Below, one piece after another: positions 35,232-49,488 of a DNA stretch of 64,000 nt; within the stretch, counting starts at the first letter, position 1; each line of letters opens with the position of its first letter. A model generated the notes under the pieces. That model was not told the origin of the DNA. It saw nothing but the letters and a program-made list of their open reading frames with translations, and ran no database searches. This DNA is from Gemmatimonadaceae bacterium (GTDB lineage: Bacteria > Gemmatimonadota > Gemmatimonadetes > Gemmatimonadales > Gemmatimonadaceae): positions 55,657-119,656 of the forward strand of contig JBBDYC010000007.1 in the NCBI GenBank assembly GCA_040901985.1, read 5' to 3'. Both the position numbers and the translations under genes were made by a program.

Positions 35232-35750
35232 ATGAAGTTTCTGTTCCGTCTCGCCATCGTCGCCCTGTTGTTGCTCGGCGCCGCCTGGCTCTATGGCCGA
35301 TCGCTCCCCCGCGAGCACCTCGTCTCGAGCACGATCGTGCTCGTCGCGCCCGCCGACTCGGTCTGGCGGGTCATCCGCAACTTCGAGGCGACGCCCGCCT
35401 GGTGGTCCGATCTCAAGTCGGCCAGGCGCGTCGCCGGCCAGCGCGAGACCTGGGAGCAGGATATGGGATCGGCGGGGACGATCCGCATCGCCGTCACCAG
35501 CGAGACGCCCGGCCGCCGGCTCGTGACGACGATCCTCAACGACGACCAGGACGATTGGGGCGGCACTTGGACCTACGATATCGTCGCCACCGGACCCGGC
35601 ACCGAGGTGACCGTCACCGAGAACGGGTGGGTGGAGCGGCCACTGTACCGCGTCGTGATGAACCTGCGCGGCGTGCACCGCACGGTGGAAGGCTATCTCC
35701 GGTCGCTCTCGGCGCACTTCGGCGAGGTCGCGAATCCGCGACGTGGCTGA
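35232..35750 (+). CDS. SRPBCC family protein
   Basis: N-terminal TM; APADSVW...GTWTY...TEVTVTE pattern. Confidence 0.75.
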   Translation: MKFLFRLAIVALLLLGAAWLYGRSLPREHLVSSTIVLVAPADSVWRVIRNFEATPAWWSDLKSARRVAGQRETWEQDMGSAGTIRIAVTSETPGRRLVTTILNDDQDDWGGTWTYDIVATGPGTEVTVTENGWVERPLYRVVMNLRGVHRTVEGYLRSLSAHFGEVANPRRG

Positions 35751-36669
35751 CCCCGACGCGTTGATCGGCGCGTTCCTCACGCACCTCGAGAAGGAGCGCG
35801 ACGTCTCGCCGAACACCGTCGCCGCGTACGCGCGGGACCTCGCCGGCCTGCAGGCGTTCCTCGCCGACCATCTCGGCGTGGCGGCGATTGACTGGGCCAC
35901 CGTGGACCGCCTCGCGCTGCGCGCGTGGCTCGCCCACCTTGCGCGGCGCGGGCTCTCGCGCCGGTCCAGCGCCCGCGCGCTCTCCGCGGCCCGCTCGTTC
36001 TTTCGCTTCCTCCATCGCGGGGACCTTGTTGAGGCCAACCCGGCGCGCGCCGTGGGCACGCCGCGGCTCGAGCGGCATCTCCCCGGGCACCTCGACCGCA
36101 CGCAGATGGAGACGCTGCTGACGGCGGCCGGGACGCGCGCGCAGGAGGGGCGCTTCACCGATGTGCGCGACCTCGCCATCCTCGAGCTCCTCTACACGGC
36201 CGGCCTGCGCATTTCCGAGTTGCGCGGCATCAACGTCGCCGACCTCGACCTCCTTGCCGGCGCGGTGAAGGTGCGCGGCAAGGGACGCAAGGAGCGGATC
36301 ATTCCCGTCGGGCGCGCCGCGCAGGGCGCGCTCCGCGCCTACGAGCGCTCGCGCGAGCAGTTGGTTGCCAAGGTCGGCGCGGGGGCCGACCGGACCGCCT
36401 TCTTCCTCAGCCAGCGCGGGAAGCGGATGAGTCCCAAGACGCTGCACAACGCGGTGACCGCGCGGCTCCACGGCGTGGACGAGGGGGCGGGGCTGAGCGC
36501 CCACGCGCTCCGCCACACCTTCGCCACGCACCTCCTCGACGGCGGCGCCGACCTGCGGGCGGTCCAGGAGCTGCTCGGCCACGCCAGCGTCTCGACGACG
36601 CAGATCTACACGCACCTGTCGGTCGAGCGGCTCAAGCAGGTGTACCGGAGCAGTCACCCGCGGGCGTAG
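35743..36669 (+). CDS. xerC: Tyrosine recombinase XerC
   Basis: [32 protein letters not shown]; topA-trmFO-xerC-hslVU synteny. Confidence 0.92.
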   Translation: MADPDALIGAFLTHLEKERDVSPNTVAAYARDLAGLQAFLADHLGVAAIDWATVDRLALRAWLAHLARRGLSRRSSARALSAARSFFRFLHRGDLVEANPARAVGTPRLERHLPGHLDRTQMETLLTAAGTRAQEGRFTDVRDLAILELLYTAGLRISELRGINVADLDLLAGAVKVRGKGRKERIIPVGRAAQGALRAYERSREQLVAKVGAGADRTAFFLSQRGKRMSPKTLHNAVTARLHGVDEGAGLSAHALRHTFATHLLDGGADLRAVQELLGHASVSTTQIYTHLSVERLKQVYRSSHPRA

Positions 36670-36713
36670 TCCCGCCCGGCGTGGTCGCCGACGCGCCACT
36701 GTATATTTGGCGG

Positions 36714-37259
36714 ATGCCGCCCTCCCAGATCCACGCCACCACGATCCTTGCGGTCCGTCGCGACGGGAAGGTCGCGATCGGCGGCGACGGCCAGGTCTCG
36801 GTCGGCGAGACGGTGATGAAGTCGGGCGCGGTGAAGGTGCGCCAGCTGAAGGGCGGGCGGGTCCTCGCCGGTTTTGCCGGCGCCGCCGCCGACGCCTTCA
36901 CCCTCTTCGAGAAGTTCGAGGAGAAGCTTGAGCGGCATCCGGGGAACCTCCCGCGCGCGGCGGTCGAGCTGGCCAAGGATTGGCGCTCCGACCGCGTCCT
37001 GCGCCGACTCGAGGCGTTGCTGATTGTCGTGGACCGCGAGCACGGCTTCGTGCTCTCCGGAAATGGCGAGCTGATCGAGCCCGACGACGGCGTGCTGGCC
37101 ATCGGGTCGGGCGGGCCGTACGCCCTCGCCGCGGCGCGCGCGCTGCTCCGCGAGACGCCGCTCCCGCCGACCGAGATCGTCAAGCGCGCCCTCACCATCG
37201 CCGGGGAGATCTGCATCTTCACCAACACGCAGATCACCATCGTCGAACCGACCGGCTGA
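36714..37259 (+). CDS. hslV: ATP-dependent protease peptidase subunit
   Basis: TTILAV, GDGQVS, GFAG, IGSGG. Confidence 0.96.
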   Translation: MPPSQIHATTILAVRRDGKVAIGGDGQVSVGETVMKSGAVKVRQLKGGRVLAGFAGAAADAFTLFEKFEEKLERHPGNLPRAAVELAKDWRSDRVLRRLEALLIVVDREHGFVLSGNGELIEPDDGVLAIGSGGPYALAAARALLRETPLPPTEIVKRALTIAGEICIFTNTQITIVEPTG

Positions 37260-37260
37260 G

Positions 37261-38696
<1,436 letters not shown>

Positions 38697-38700
<4 letters not shown>

Positions 38701-39614
38701 GGCCGCACCGCGACCTGCTCGCCCTCACCGATTGCTCGGCCGCCGAGCTGCGCGCGCTCTTCGCGCTTGCCGACCGGATGCGGAACGGCCGGTACGCCGC
38801 GCGTCCGCTGGAGGGGAAGGCGCTGGCGATGCTCTTCCTCAAGTCGTCCACCCGCACCCGCGTCTCGTTCGAGGTCGGCGCCTGGCAGCTCGGCGCACAC
38901 CCGCTCTTCCTCACGCCGCGCGACGTGCAGCTCGGGCGCGGCGAGGCCGTCGCCGACACCGCGCGGGTGCTCGACCGGATGGTGGACGGCATCATGCTCC
39001 GCACCTTTGCCCACGCCGACGCCGAGGAGCTCGCGCGCTACGCGGGGGTGCCGGTCATCAACGGGCTCACCGATCTCCAACACCCCTGCCAGGTCCTCGC
39101 CGACCTCCTCACCGTGCAGCAGCACCTCGGGAGCTTCGACGGCAAGCGCGTCGCCTGGATCGGCGACGGGAACAACGTGGCGAACAGTTGGTGCGACGCG
39201 GCGGCGTTGCTGGGCTTCGAGCTCCGGCTCGCGTGTCCGGCGGGCTATGATCCGGACCCGGCAATCCTCGCTCGTGCCAAGGCGAGCGGCCACGTCACGC
39301 TCGTGCGCGACCCGCAGGAGGCCGCCGACGGCGCCGACGTGGTGACCACCGACGTCTGGGCGTCAATGGGGCAGGAGGAGGAGCAGGAGACGCGCGCCAA
39401 GGCGTTCCGGGCGTTCCAGGTGAACGCCGCCCTGATGCAGCGCGCCGCGCGTACCGCCATCTTCCTGCACTGTCTCCCCGCGCACCGCGGCGAGGAGGTC
39501 ACCGCCGACGTCATTGACGGGCCGCAGAGCCGCGTCTGGGACGAGGCGGAGAACCGGCTCCACGTGCAGAAGGCCGTGATGGCCGTCCTGATGGGTGGGG
39601 AGCCGCTGGGGTGA
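38697..39614 (+). CDS. argF: Ornithine carbamoyltransferase
   Basis: STRT, HPCQ, SMG, HCLP. Confidence 0.96.
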
Positions 39615-39669
39615 GCGCTCGGACAGGGCGCGCGGCGGCGGGGCCCAAAGCGCTGTAGGTTGGAGGGCG

Positions 39670-40560
39670 ATGCCCGACGCCTTCCTCCGCCGCCTGCAGG
39701 ACGCCCTCGGCGCCACCTACGTGGTCGAGCGCGAACTCACGGCGGGGGGCCAGAGCCGGCTCTTCCTCGCCCGCGACGCGAACCTCCCGCGGCACGTCGT
39801 CATCAAGCTCCTCCCGCCCGAGCTCGCCGGCGAAGTCGCCCTCGAGCGCTTCAAGCGCGAGATCGCCGTCCTCGTCCGGCTGCAGCACCCGCACATCGTG
39901 CCGATCATCGGGATGGGGGCGATTGACGACCTGATCTGGTACGTGATGCCGTTCATCGAGGGCGAGTCGCTCGACGCGCGGATTGCCAGGGGCGCGCTCC
40001 CGGTGGTTGAGGGGGTCGGGATCCTCCGCGAGGTCGCCGACGCGCTCGCCCACGCCCACGAGATCGGCGTCGTGCACCGCGACCTCAAACCGGCCAACGT
40101 GCTCTTCCAGTCGGGGCACGCGGTGCTGGCCGACTTCGGCGTGGCGCACGCGCGGCTCGAAGGCCTCCGCACGAGCGCCGGGCTCTCGCTCGGCGCGATG
40201 CGGCGGAGCGTGCAGGTGAGCGGGGGCCGGCTCACCGACAAGGGCTTCGCCGTCGGGACACCGGGCTATATGGCGCCCGAGCAGTTCGTCGGCGACGACC
40301 CCGCCGACGCGCGCGCCGACGTCTATGCCCTGGCGATGGTCGGCTACGAGATCCTCACCGGCAAGGCCCCCTTCGCCGAGTACCGCGGGGCGCGGATGAT
40401 GGTCGCGCACTTCACCGAGTTTCCGCCGCTGGCGCACACCGTGCGCCCGGAGGTGCCGGAGGCGGTGGCCAAGGTGCTCGAGAAGGGGATGGCGAAGGAA
40501 CCAGACGACCGGTTTGCCGATGCCGCGCTCTTCCGCGACGCGCTCGGCGGCCGCTGGTAG
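39670..40560 (+). CDS. Ser/Thr protein kinase (catalytic domain only)
   Basis: VVIK, HRDLKPAN, DFG, GTPGYMAPE. Confidence 0.92.
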   Translation: MPDAFLRRLQDALGATYVVERELTAGGQSRLFLARDANLPRHVVIKLLPPELAGEVALERFKREIAVLVRLQHPHIVPIIGMGAIDDLIWYVMPFIEGESLDARIARGALPVVEGVGILREVADALAHAHEIGVVHRDLKPANVLFQSGHAVLADFGVAHARLEGLRTSAGLSLGAMRRSVQVSGGRLTDKGFAVGTPGYMAPEQFVGDDPADARADVYALAMVGYEILTGKAPFAEYRGARMMVAHFTEFPPLAHTVRPEVPEAVAKVLEKGMAKEPDDRFADAALFRDALGGRW

Positions 40561-40590
40561 GGCACGGCCCGCGCGCGGCGCCGAGGCGGC

Positions 40591-42450
40591 CTAGAAGGTC
40601 GCCGCGGACAGGTTGTGCCGGCCGACCACGGCCTGCGTCTCCTCGGCGCGGAGCGGGTGGGAGAGCAGGTATCCCTGGACGTGGCCGCACCCCATCGCGC
40701 GGAGCTGATGCAGCTGCGTCTCCTGCTCGACGCCCTCGGCGACGACGTCCATTGACAGGCTGTTCGCGAGGGCGACCACCGACTTCACGATCTCGAGGCA
40801 CTCCGCGCTCACGTCCATCCGCCCGACGAAGTAGCGGTCAATCTTGATGATCGAGATCGGGAGCCGGTGGAGGTAGCTGAGCGAGGCGTGGCCGGTGCCG
40901 AAGTCGTCCATCAGGATGCGCACGCCGCGCGCCTTCAGCGCCTGCAAGGTCTCCCGCGCCGCGTCCTCGTTGGAGAGGATCACGTTCTCGGTGACCTCGA
41001 GGCGCAACCGGTGCGCGTCGAGGTTGGCCGCGCGGAGCGCCTCCTCCACGACCGGGACGAGCGCGCCGTCGAGGAGCTGGCGGGCGGCGATGTTGACGCT
41101 GACCCACGGGGCGCCGGCGCCGCCCGGCGTCAACGAGCTGATGTGGCGGCAGGCCTCGCCGATCGCCCAGGTCCCGAGCGGGACGATCGCCCCCGTCTCC
41201 TCGGCCACCGGCACGAACTCCGACGGCCCGATCAGCCCCCGCTGGGGATGGTTCCAGCGCAGCAGGGCCTCGAATCCCACTAGGCGCTCGGTGTCGTCGC
41301 GGGTCGAGAAGACCGGCTGGTACCAGACCATCATCTCCCCGCGCGCGATTGCGCCGCGCAGGTCCTGCTCCAGCGACGCCCGGTGGCGCATTCCCTCGCG
41401 CATCGCCGGCACATAGAGCGCGTGGCGCCCGCCCCCCTCCGCCTTGGCCGCCAGCATCGCCAGTTCGGCGTCGCGCACGTAGTCGGTCGGGGTCTCGACG
41501 TCGCGGTCGTACAGGACCACGCCGACGCTCGCCGTCACCACCACGTCGCGAGTGAGGACCGGGAGCGGGTCGGTGAGCACGAGCCGCACGCGGTCGGCCA
41601 CCCGCTCGGCCTCGCTCGCCTCGGCGACGTCGTCGAGGATGAGGAGGAAGATGTCGCCCCCCAGCCGGGCAATCACGTCGCCCGGGCGCACCGCCGTCCC
41701 GAGGCGCTTGCCGACGCCGCGGAGGATCTCGTCGCCGGCGCTCTGCCCAAGCGCGTCGTTGAGGACGTTGAAGCGGTCCACGTTCACGAGCAGCGCGGCA
41801 AAGCGGCGCGCGCCCTCGCGGCGCGCCCGCGCGATTGAGCGGCGGAGCAGGTCGAACGCGAGCGCCCGGTTGGGGAGCCCGGTCAGCGCGTCGTAGAAGG
41901 TGTCGCGACGCGCCTGCTCCTCGACCGTGCGTTGGGCCGTCGCGTCGCGCACCGACCCGGCCACCCGCAGGGCGCGGCCGCTGGCGTCGCGCACAATCAT
42001 CCCCGCCCACTGCACCGTGATCCACTGGCCGCTCTGGTGGCGGATCCGGTGCTCGCTCGCGAACCGCACATTCCCGCCGGCGGTCTGGGCGGCCACGTCC
42101 ACCTCCACCTGCGCCCGGTCCGCCGGGTGGACCCGCCCCAGCCACTCCTCGGTCGAGGCGATGGCCTCCTCGGCGCGCATCCCGACCATCTCCCGCCAGC
42201 GGGGCGAGAAGCGGATGCGGTCCTGGATGACGTCCCAGTCAAAGAGGGCGTCGAGCGCGATCCGCGCCGGGAGGGCCAGCCACTCCGCGCTCGTGTGCGC
42301 CAGGACGCGCGCGTCCACCGGCGGCACCGCCGCCAAGTGCGTGCGCGATTCAGTCAGCTCGCGCGAGACCGCCCGCAAGCGCCGCCAGAGGATGGCGGCG
42401 ACGACGACCAGGACGACGGTGAGTGCTAGGAAAACGGAAGCGCTGGGCAT
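40591..42450 (-). CDS. TM-PAS-GGDEF-EAL protein
   Basis: PAS (VHPADR), DALTGLPNR, GGDIF, EAL, DDFGTG, KID, AEGVE. Confidence 0.93.
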   Translation of the reverse strand: MPSASVFLALTVVLVVVAAILWRRLRAVSRELTESRTHLAAVPPVDARVLAHTSAEWLALPARIALDALFDWDVIQDRIRFSPRWREMVGMRAEEAIASTEEWLGRVHPADRAQVEVDVAAQTAGGNVRFASEHRIRHQSGQWITVQWAGMIVRDASGRALRVAGSVRDATAQRTVEEQARRDTFYDALTGLPNRALAFDLLRRSIARARREGARRFAALLVNVDRFNVLNDALGQSAGDEILRGVGKRLGTAVRPGDVIARLGGDIFLLILDDVAEASEAERVADRVRLVLTDPLPVLTRDVVVTASVGVVLYDRDVETPTDYVRDAELAMLAAKAEGGGRHALYVPAMREGMRHRASLEQDLRGAIARGEMMVWYQPVFSTRDDTERLVGFEALLRWNHPQRGLIGPSEFVPVAEETGAIVPLGTWAIGEACRHISSLTPGGAGAPWVSVNIAARQLLDGALVPVVEEALRAANLDAHRLRLEVTENVILSNEDAARETLQALKARGVRILMDDFGTGHASLSYLHRLPISIIKIDRYFVGRMDVSAECLEIVKSVVALANSLSMDVVAEGVEQETQLHQLRAMGCGHVQGYLLSHPLRAEETQAVVGRHNLSAATF

Positions 42451-42610
42451 CGCCGGGGGTGGGGCGTGAGCAGGCGGCGCGCGACACGCGCGCCGCCTGT
42501 CTGGAAAGCTACGGCACTCCCCCTAATGACGCGGTACTTCGCGTCACGTTTCGTGACGGTGGCCTTCCCAACTTCCAACACTGCCCAAGAACTGTGCGGC
42601 GACCCGTGGC

Positions 42611-44077
42611 CTATCGCACGATGATCCGTCCCGTCATCTGCTGCGGGTGAACGTTGCAGTTGTACTGGTAGGTGCCGGTGGAGCCAAACGTGAACTGATA
42701 CTGGCCCGACGTCTGGAGCGGGCTGCTCGTGAACGTCGGCGCGACATTTGACCCCACGTCGTGGAAGCTGGCGCCGGTCCAGCTCCAGGTGACCGTGCCG
42801 CCGACGCCCACGGTATCAATGGCCTCGTTCTCCGTGAGGTTGCGGACGCTCCGGAAAAAGAAGTCGCCGATCGTCACCGACGCGGTCAGCGGGGCGGTCA
42901 CCTGGCCGCTCACCGTGACCTCTGCGGAGTCCGTGCGAGTGCCGGCCGAGCGGATCAGGAAGGTCATCCCGTCGGCGGCCGCCGTCACGGTGGTCGTCGT
43001 GCCGGTGGCGGGCGAGGTGGTGGCAATCGTCGGTGCGCGCATCAGCCAACTCGTGGGGAGTACGGTATCCACGCTGTCGCGGGCGTCCGACGTGAAGAGC
43101 TGGGTGCCGCTCGGGGTGTCGAGTGTGGCGCTCGTCGGCGTGAGGTCAAAGACGACGGCCAAGCGCAACACGGTGAGCTCTCGCTGGCCGAAGATCGAGC
43201 TGCTCGTCGCGCGGATGCCGGTGGTGCCATCGGTCAGCGCCGTCGCCAGCCCCGTGCCGGCGTCCACGCTGGCCACCGCGCCAACTGTTGAGCTCCAGCT
43301 GATGCCCGCGCCCGGGATCGTGTTGGCCTGCGAGTCGCGGGCGATTGCCCCGTAGGACTTGGTCCGCCCTGTCGTCCTGAGGGTGTCGGATCCGGTGGAG
43401 GAGACGAGCACCGAGGCGACGACCTGTGTGACGGTGATCGGTGCCTTGGCCACCACGGCGCCGAGCGTCGCGACCGCGGTGTCCGATACGCCGACCGCGA
43501 GCGCGGTGACGAGCCCGCCTGCCGAGATGCTGGCGTTCGTGCCCGGGCCGGCAATCGTCCAGGTCACGCTCGGCGTGCCGGGCAGGGGCGCCGAGCTCGA
43601 GTCGCGCGCCTCCGCCGAGAGCTGGCGCGTGGAGCCGAGCGCACCGAACGCCACCGCGGTCGGCGTGACCACGACTTGGCTCGCCACCTGCGCGACCGTC
43701 ACGGTGACCGCCGCTGACTGGACCCCGCTGGCCGTTGCGGTCGCGCGAATGTCCGTGCTGCCGTTCGCCACTGCGGTCACGAGGCCTGCCGCGCTCACCG
43801 TCGCCGCCGCAGCGTTGCTGCTCGACCACGTGATCGCCGTGCCGGGAATGGGCGTCGCGTCGGCCTCGCGCGCCTCCGCGCTGAACTGCGTCGTCCGTCC
43901 GAGTGTCTGGAAGGCGACAGCGGCGGTCGGCGCCGTGATCACCACCGAGGCCACCGTGACCGTCTGCGTCGTGCCGTCGCCCCCGCCACAACTGAGCCCC
44001 GCCGCAAAAAGAAAAAGAAACAGGGTGAGCAGGGGGAGCTGGGCGGTCTGGCGCGAGAGGACTGTGCGTCGTGGCAT
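42611..44077 (-). CDS. Lipoprotein with tandem Ig-like (Big_2) domains and a C-terminal cupredoxin
   Basis: Lipobox GLSC; repeated WSS...ATV..GLVTA units; H...CNVHPQQM copper motif. Confidence 0.8.
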   Translation of the reverse strand: MPRRTVLSRQTAQLPLLTLFLFLFAAGLSCGGGDGTTQTVTVASVVITAPTAAVAFQTLGRTTQFSAEAREADATPIPGTAITWSSSNAAAATVSAAGLVTAVANGSTDIRATATASGVQSAAVTVTVAQVASQVVVTPTAVAFGALGSTRQLSAEARDSSSAPLPGTPSVTWTIAGPGTNASISAGGLVTALAVGVSDTAVATLGAVVAKAPITVTQVVASVLVSSTGSDTLRTTGRTKSYGAIARDSQANTIPGAGISWSSTVGAVASVDAGTGLATALTDGTTGIRATSSSIFGQRELTVLRLAVVFDLTPTSATLDTPSGTQLFTSDARDSVDTVLPTSWLMRAPTIATTSPATGTTTTVTAAADGMTFLIRSAGTRTDSAEVTVSGQVTAPLTASVTIGDFFFRSVRNLTENEAIDTVGVGGTVTWSWTGASFHDVGSNVAPTFTSSPLQTSGQYQFTFGSTGTYQYNCNVHPQQMTGRIIVR

Positions 44078-44236
44078 AACCTGGCGTGGCTGGATTGGGA
44101 AAGTGTAAGGCGCGCGGACCCATTGAGCGTACCTGCCAAACCAGCCATCACGCCACTACCCTTCCGAGGTGGCCCACTCCCTGCCGTTTCGGCATATTGC
44201 CCGGGCGTTCCAACCTACTCCCAGCACTCTCCAAGA

Positions 44237-45352
<1,116 letters not shown>

Positions 45353-45390
45353 AGGCCGGACTTGTCACCTCCGACCCCGAGCTGCGCGCC

Positions 45391-46911
<1,521 letters not shown>

Positions 46912-47066
46912 CAGATGGGCGACTGAGCGGGCACAAAACCGCTCTCCCCCCTTTCCAACTGGCGAGAAAGTCGACATTCTAGGGCGTTCGGCCAGTGAGC
47001 GGGGTCAGGGACGGGTTCCAAAGAGGTAGGTCTGCGGGACATTCCAACCGTTCATACCGAGACGCC

Positions 47067-47861
47067 GTGACAGCGCACCAGACGTCGAACAGCGGACAGA
47101 GTTCATCCATAGCGGGGAGTGTGCTCCCCTTACAGCGGGCCCAGGAGTTGATCGCGTCGTTGACGGACGTGGTGTCGGTGCGGATCACCGCCAACGACAC
47201 CGGGTCGGTGGATGCGATCCACGTGTTGGTGACGGGTGCGACGCCGGCGAAGCAGATTGTCCGGAACATCGAGAGCGCCCTGATGGCGCAGCTTGGGCTC
47301 CGGGTGGACCACCGGAAGATCTCGGTGGCGGCGACGGCGCAGCGACCCACGCCAGCGGAGGGCGTTCCGGTGGCGGAGGGGGGATCGGGCGGGAGCGGGC
47401 CGGAGTCGCGGTCGAGCCGGACCGTCTATTTCGAGGACGTGGAGCTGCGTGGGTCGCGGGCGCGCGGGGTCACCTGCAAGGTGACGTTGCGGATCGGGAC
47501 CGAGCAGTTTGCGGGCGAGGCGGAGGAGCAGGTGCAGAGCGACAAGAGCCGGGTGGACGTGGCGGCGCGGGCGGCATTGGCGGCGCTGGCGTTGGCGGGC
47601 CCGACGGCCGGGGTGTTCTCGCTCGAGGGGGCGAAGGTGATTGGGGCGTTCGAGCGGGAGTTCGTGTTTGCGGCGGTGACGGCACGTGCCGGGCGCGACC
47701 AGGTGATGTTGACGGGGAGCTGCGAGATCCGGGACAGCGCGGAGACGTCGGCGGTGCTGGCGGTGCTGGACGCGACGAACCGGTGGATGGCGACGATGGC
47801 GGAGGGTGGGGTGATCACGGCGGAGGAGCGCCGGGGACAGCAGCATAGGACGACGCGATAG
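47067..47861 (+). CDS. Conserved-looking two-domain hypothetical protein (start uncertain)
   Basis: IHVL...KQIVRNIESALMAQLGLRVDHRKISVA N-domain; C-domain ends AVLDATNR; coding-like codon bias. Confidence 0.75.
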   Translation: MTAHQTSNSGQSSSIAGSVLPLQRAQELIASLTDVVSVRITANDTGSVDAIHVLVTGATPAKQIVRNIESALMAQLGLRVDHRKISVAATAQRPTPAEGVPVAEGGSGGSGPESRSSRTVYFEDVELRGSRARGVTCKVTLRIGTEQFAGEAEEQVQSDKSRVDVAARAALAALALAGPTAGVFSLEGAKVIGAFEREFVFAAVTARAGRDQVMLTGSCEIRDSAETSAVLAVLDATNRWMATMAEGGVITAEERRGQQHRTTR

Positions 47862-48030
47862 CGGAGGTTGGAGCCGACCTGAACTGAGCGAGGAACAAGG
47901 GAACCCCCCGTTCTCTCCGAGCGGAGAGAACATTGAGCGGAACCGCGTCCGATGGGACGCACGAGCGGAGCCTCACGCAGGACAACACACCGGGCAACCG
48001 GGTGAGTTGGTCCCTGGGAGGTGAGACTCG

Positions 48031-48102
48031 ATGACGTATATCTCCACTGTGATCTGCGCGCTTTGCGCGTGTGTGATGGGAGATTCGGCGAGCTGGGGTT
48101 AA
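48031..48102 (+). CDS. 23-aa peptide MTYISTVICALCACVMGDSASWG
   Basis: Perfect GGAGGTG RBS 7 nt before the ATG; hydrophobic core plus polar Trp tail; 33 nt upstream of the HD-GYP gene. Confidence 0.65.
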   Translation: MTYISTVICALCACVMGDSASWG

Positions 48103-48135
48103 GGATTCAGTGAGGGCGGGGGGTCCTCCAAGCTG

Positions 48136-49488
48136 ATGGGAATGCCTAAGTCCAATGTGACTCGAGTTGTGGAGGTAGTGGCCGTTGGCGCGGCTATCGC
48201 GCTGACGGCGTTTTTCGCGTTGACGTCGGTGCCGACAATCGCCGAATGGAAGGCTGCGGGCTTTTTCGCCGCCTTCGGTGTGGTCGCGTCGAGCCTCGCG
48301 TATCGTACGTCCGGCGCGACACTGGGATCTATCGGATTTCTGCCGTTTCTAAGTGCGGCGCTATTGACGCCGAATGCTGCTGCGCTCGTGTCAGTCCTAC
48401 TCGCTACGGCGATTGGCGAACTGATTGTGCGACGAGACGCAGTGAAGGCGATTTTCAATACGTCACAGCACGTGTTTGCCGTCGCCGTGGGAATATCGGC
48501 ATATCTTGCGCTTGGCGGCAGTTCGTTGTTGACGAGTTCTCCTCGGTTCTGGCCGTTTCTCTCATTGGTGGTCGGTTACTTCGTCCTGAACAAGCTAGCC
48601 GTCAGTACTGTGGTCGCCGCTAGCGGAGGCGCGACCACCCGCGCGCATTGGACGAAGAGCATGCGCGGCTCACTGGTTTATGACTTGCTCGCGTTTCCAT
48701 TGATTCTGGCATTCGCCTTGGCTTATGCGCGTTATGGGCCTGGCGTCTCGGCATTGCTCGCGTTGCCCATGCTTGGTGTGCGTCAGCTCTACCACAATAA
48801 CTTTGCGCTCCAGAAGATAAACGAGGAACTGCTGCAGTTGATGGTGGCGTCCATCGAAGCGCGCGATCCATACACCTCTGGACATTCGCAGCGAGTGTCT
48901 CGATACGCACGTAACATCGCGCGCGTCGCAGGTCTGAGCGGGCGCGCGACAGATAGAACCGCAATAGCAGCTCTCTTGCACGACGTTGGTAAGATTCACG
49001 AAGAGTTTGCGGCTATCCTTCGAAAGCCTGGGCGTCTTACCGATGCGGAGTTCGAGATTATGAAGACGCACCCGGCAAGGAGCGCCGCGCTCGTTGGAAA
49101 GGTGTCCCAATTTGCCGATCTAGTTAGGGCGGTACGGGCGCACCATGAGGCGTGGGACGGGCGCGGGTACCCCGACCGACTCAGCGGGAGCTCGATCCCG
49201 GTCATCGCAAGGATAATTGCGTTTGCGGACACGATTGATGCCATGACAACGTCGCGCCCGTACCGAGCCGCGCTCTCTGTTGAAGAGGTGCGCGCTGAAA
49301 TCGGGCGTGAGCGCGGCAGGCAGTTCGATCCGGAGATTTGTGATCGACTTCTCACGGTGCCAGCGTGGAACGAGCTGAGTGCTGAAATCGCTTCTGCAAC
49401 GGCCGAGTACCCCGAAACGCTAGGCTGGGTGGGAGCCCACGACGACGGCCGTACAGGCGAATACTTCGTCGCGACTCCAGTTAACTAG
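48136..49488 (+). CDS. Multi-TM sensor HD-GYP phosphodiesterase
   Basis: Hydrophobic N-half; ARDPYTSGHSQRV, LHDVGK, HHEAWDGRGYP. Confidence 0.92.
   Translation: MGMPKSNVTRVVEVVAVGAAIALTAFFALTSVPTIAEWKAAGFFAAFGVVASSLAYRTSGATLGSIGFLPFLSAALLTPNAAALVSVLLATAIGELIVRRDAVKAIFNTSQHVFAVAVGISAYLALGGSSLLTSSPRFWPFLSLVVGYFVLNKLAVSTVVAASGGATTRAHWTKSMRGSLVYDLLAFPLILAFALAYARYGPGVSALLALPMLGVRQLYHNNFALQKINEELLQLMVASIEARDPYTSGHSQRVSRYARNIARVAGLSGRATDRTAIAALLHDVGKIHEEFAAILRKPGRLTDAEFEIMKTHPARSAALVGKVSQFADLVRAVRAHHEAWDGRGYPDRLSGSSIPVIARIIAFADTIDAMTTSRPYRAALSVEEVRAEIGRERGRQFDPEICDRLLTVPAWNELSAEIASATAEYPETLGWVGAHDDGRTGEYFVATPVN

Noticed and set aside
35743..36669. xerC as the integrase for the attC-like array
   Set aside because: It sits in housekeeping topA-trmFO-xerC-hslVU synteny, shows no evident IntI-specific insertion, and is 18 kb from the array.
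46929..46975. Sigma54 promoter for the hypothetical/peptide/HD-GYP module
   Set aside because: The candidates (GGGCACAAAACCGC, TGGCGAGAAAGTCGA) match the -12 TTGC element poorly.
47935..47975. c-di-GMP-I riboswitch (GGGACGCA resembles part of the motif)
   Set aside because: The GCAAA/GAAA-loop and downstream P2 elements are not recognisable; kept only as a generic structured leader.
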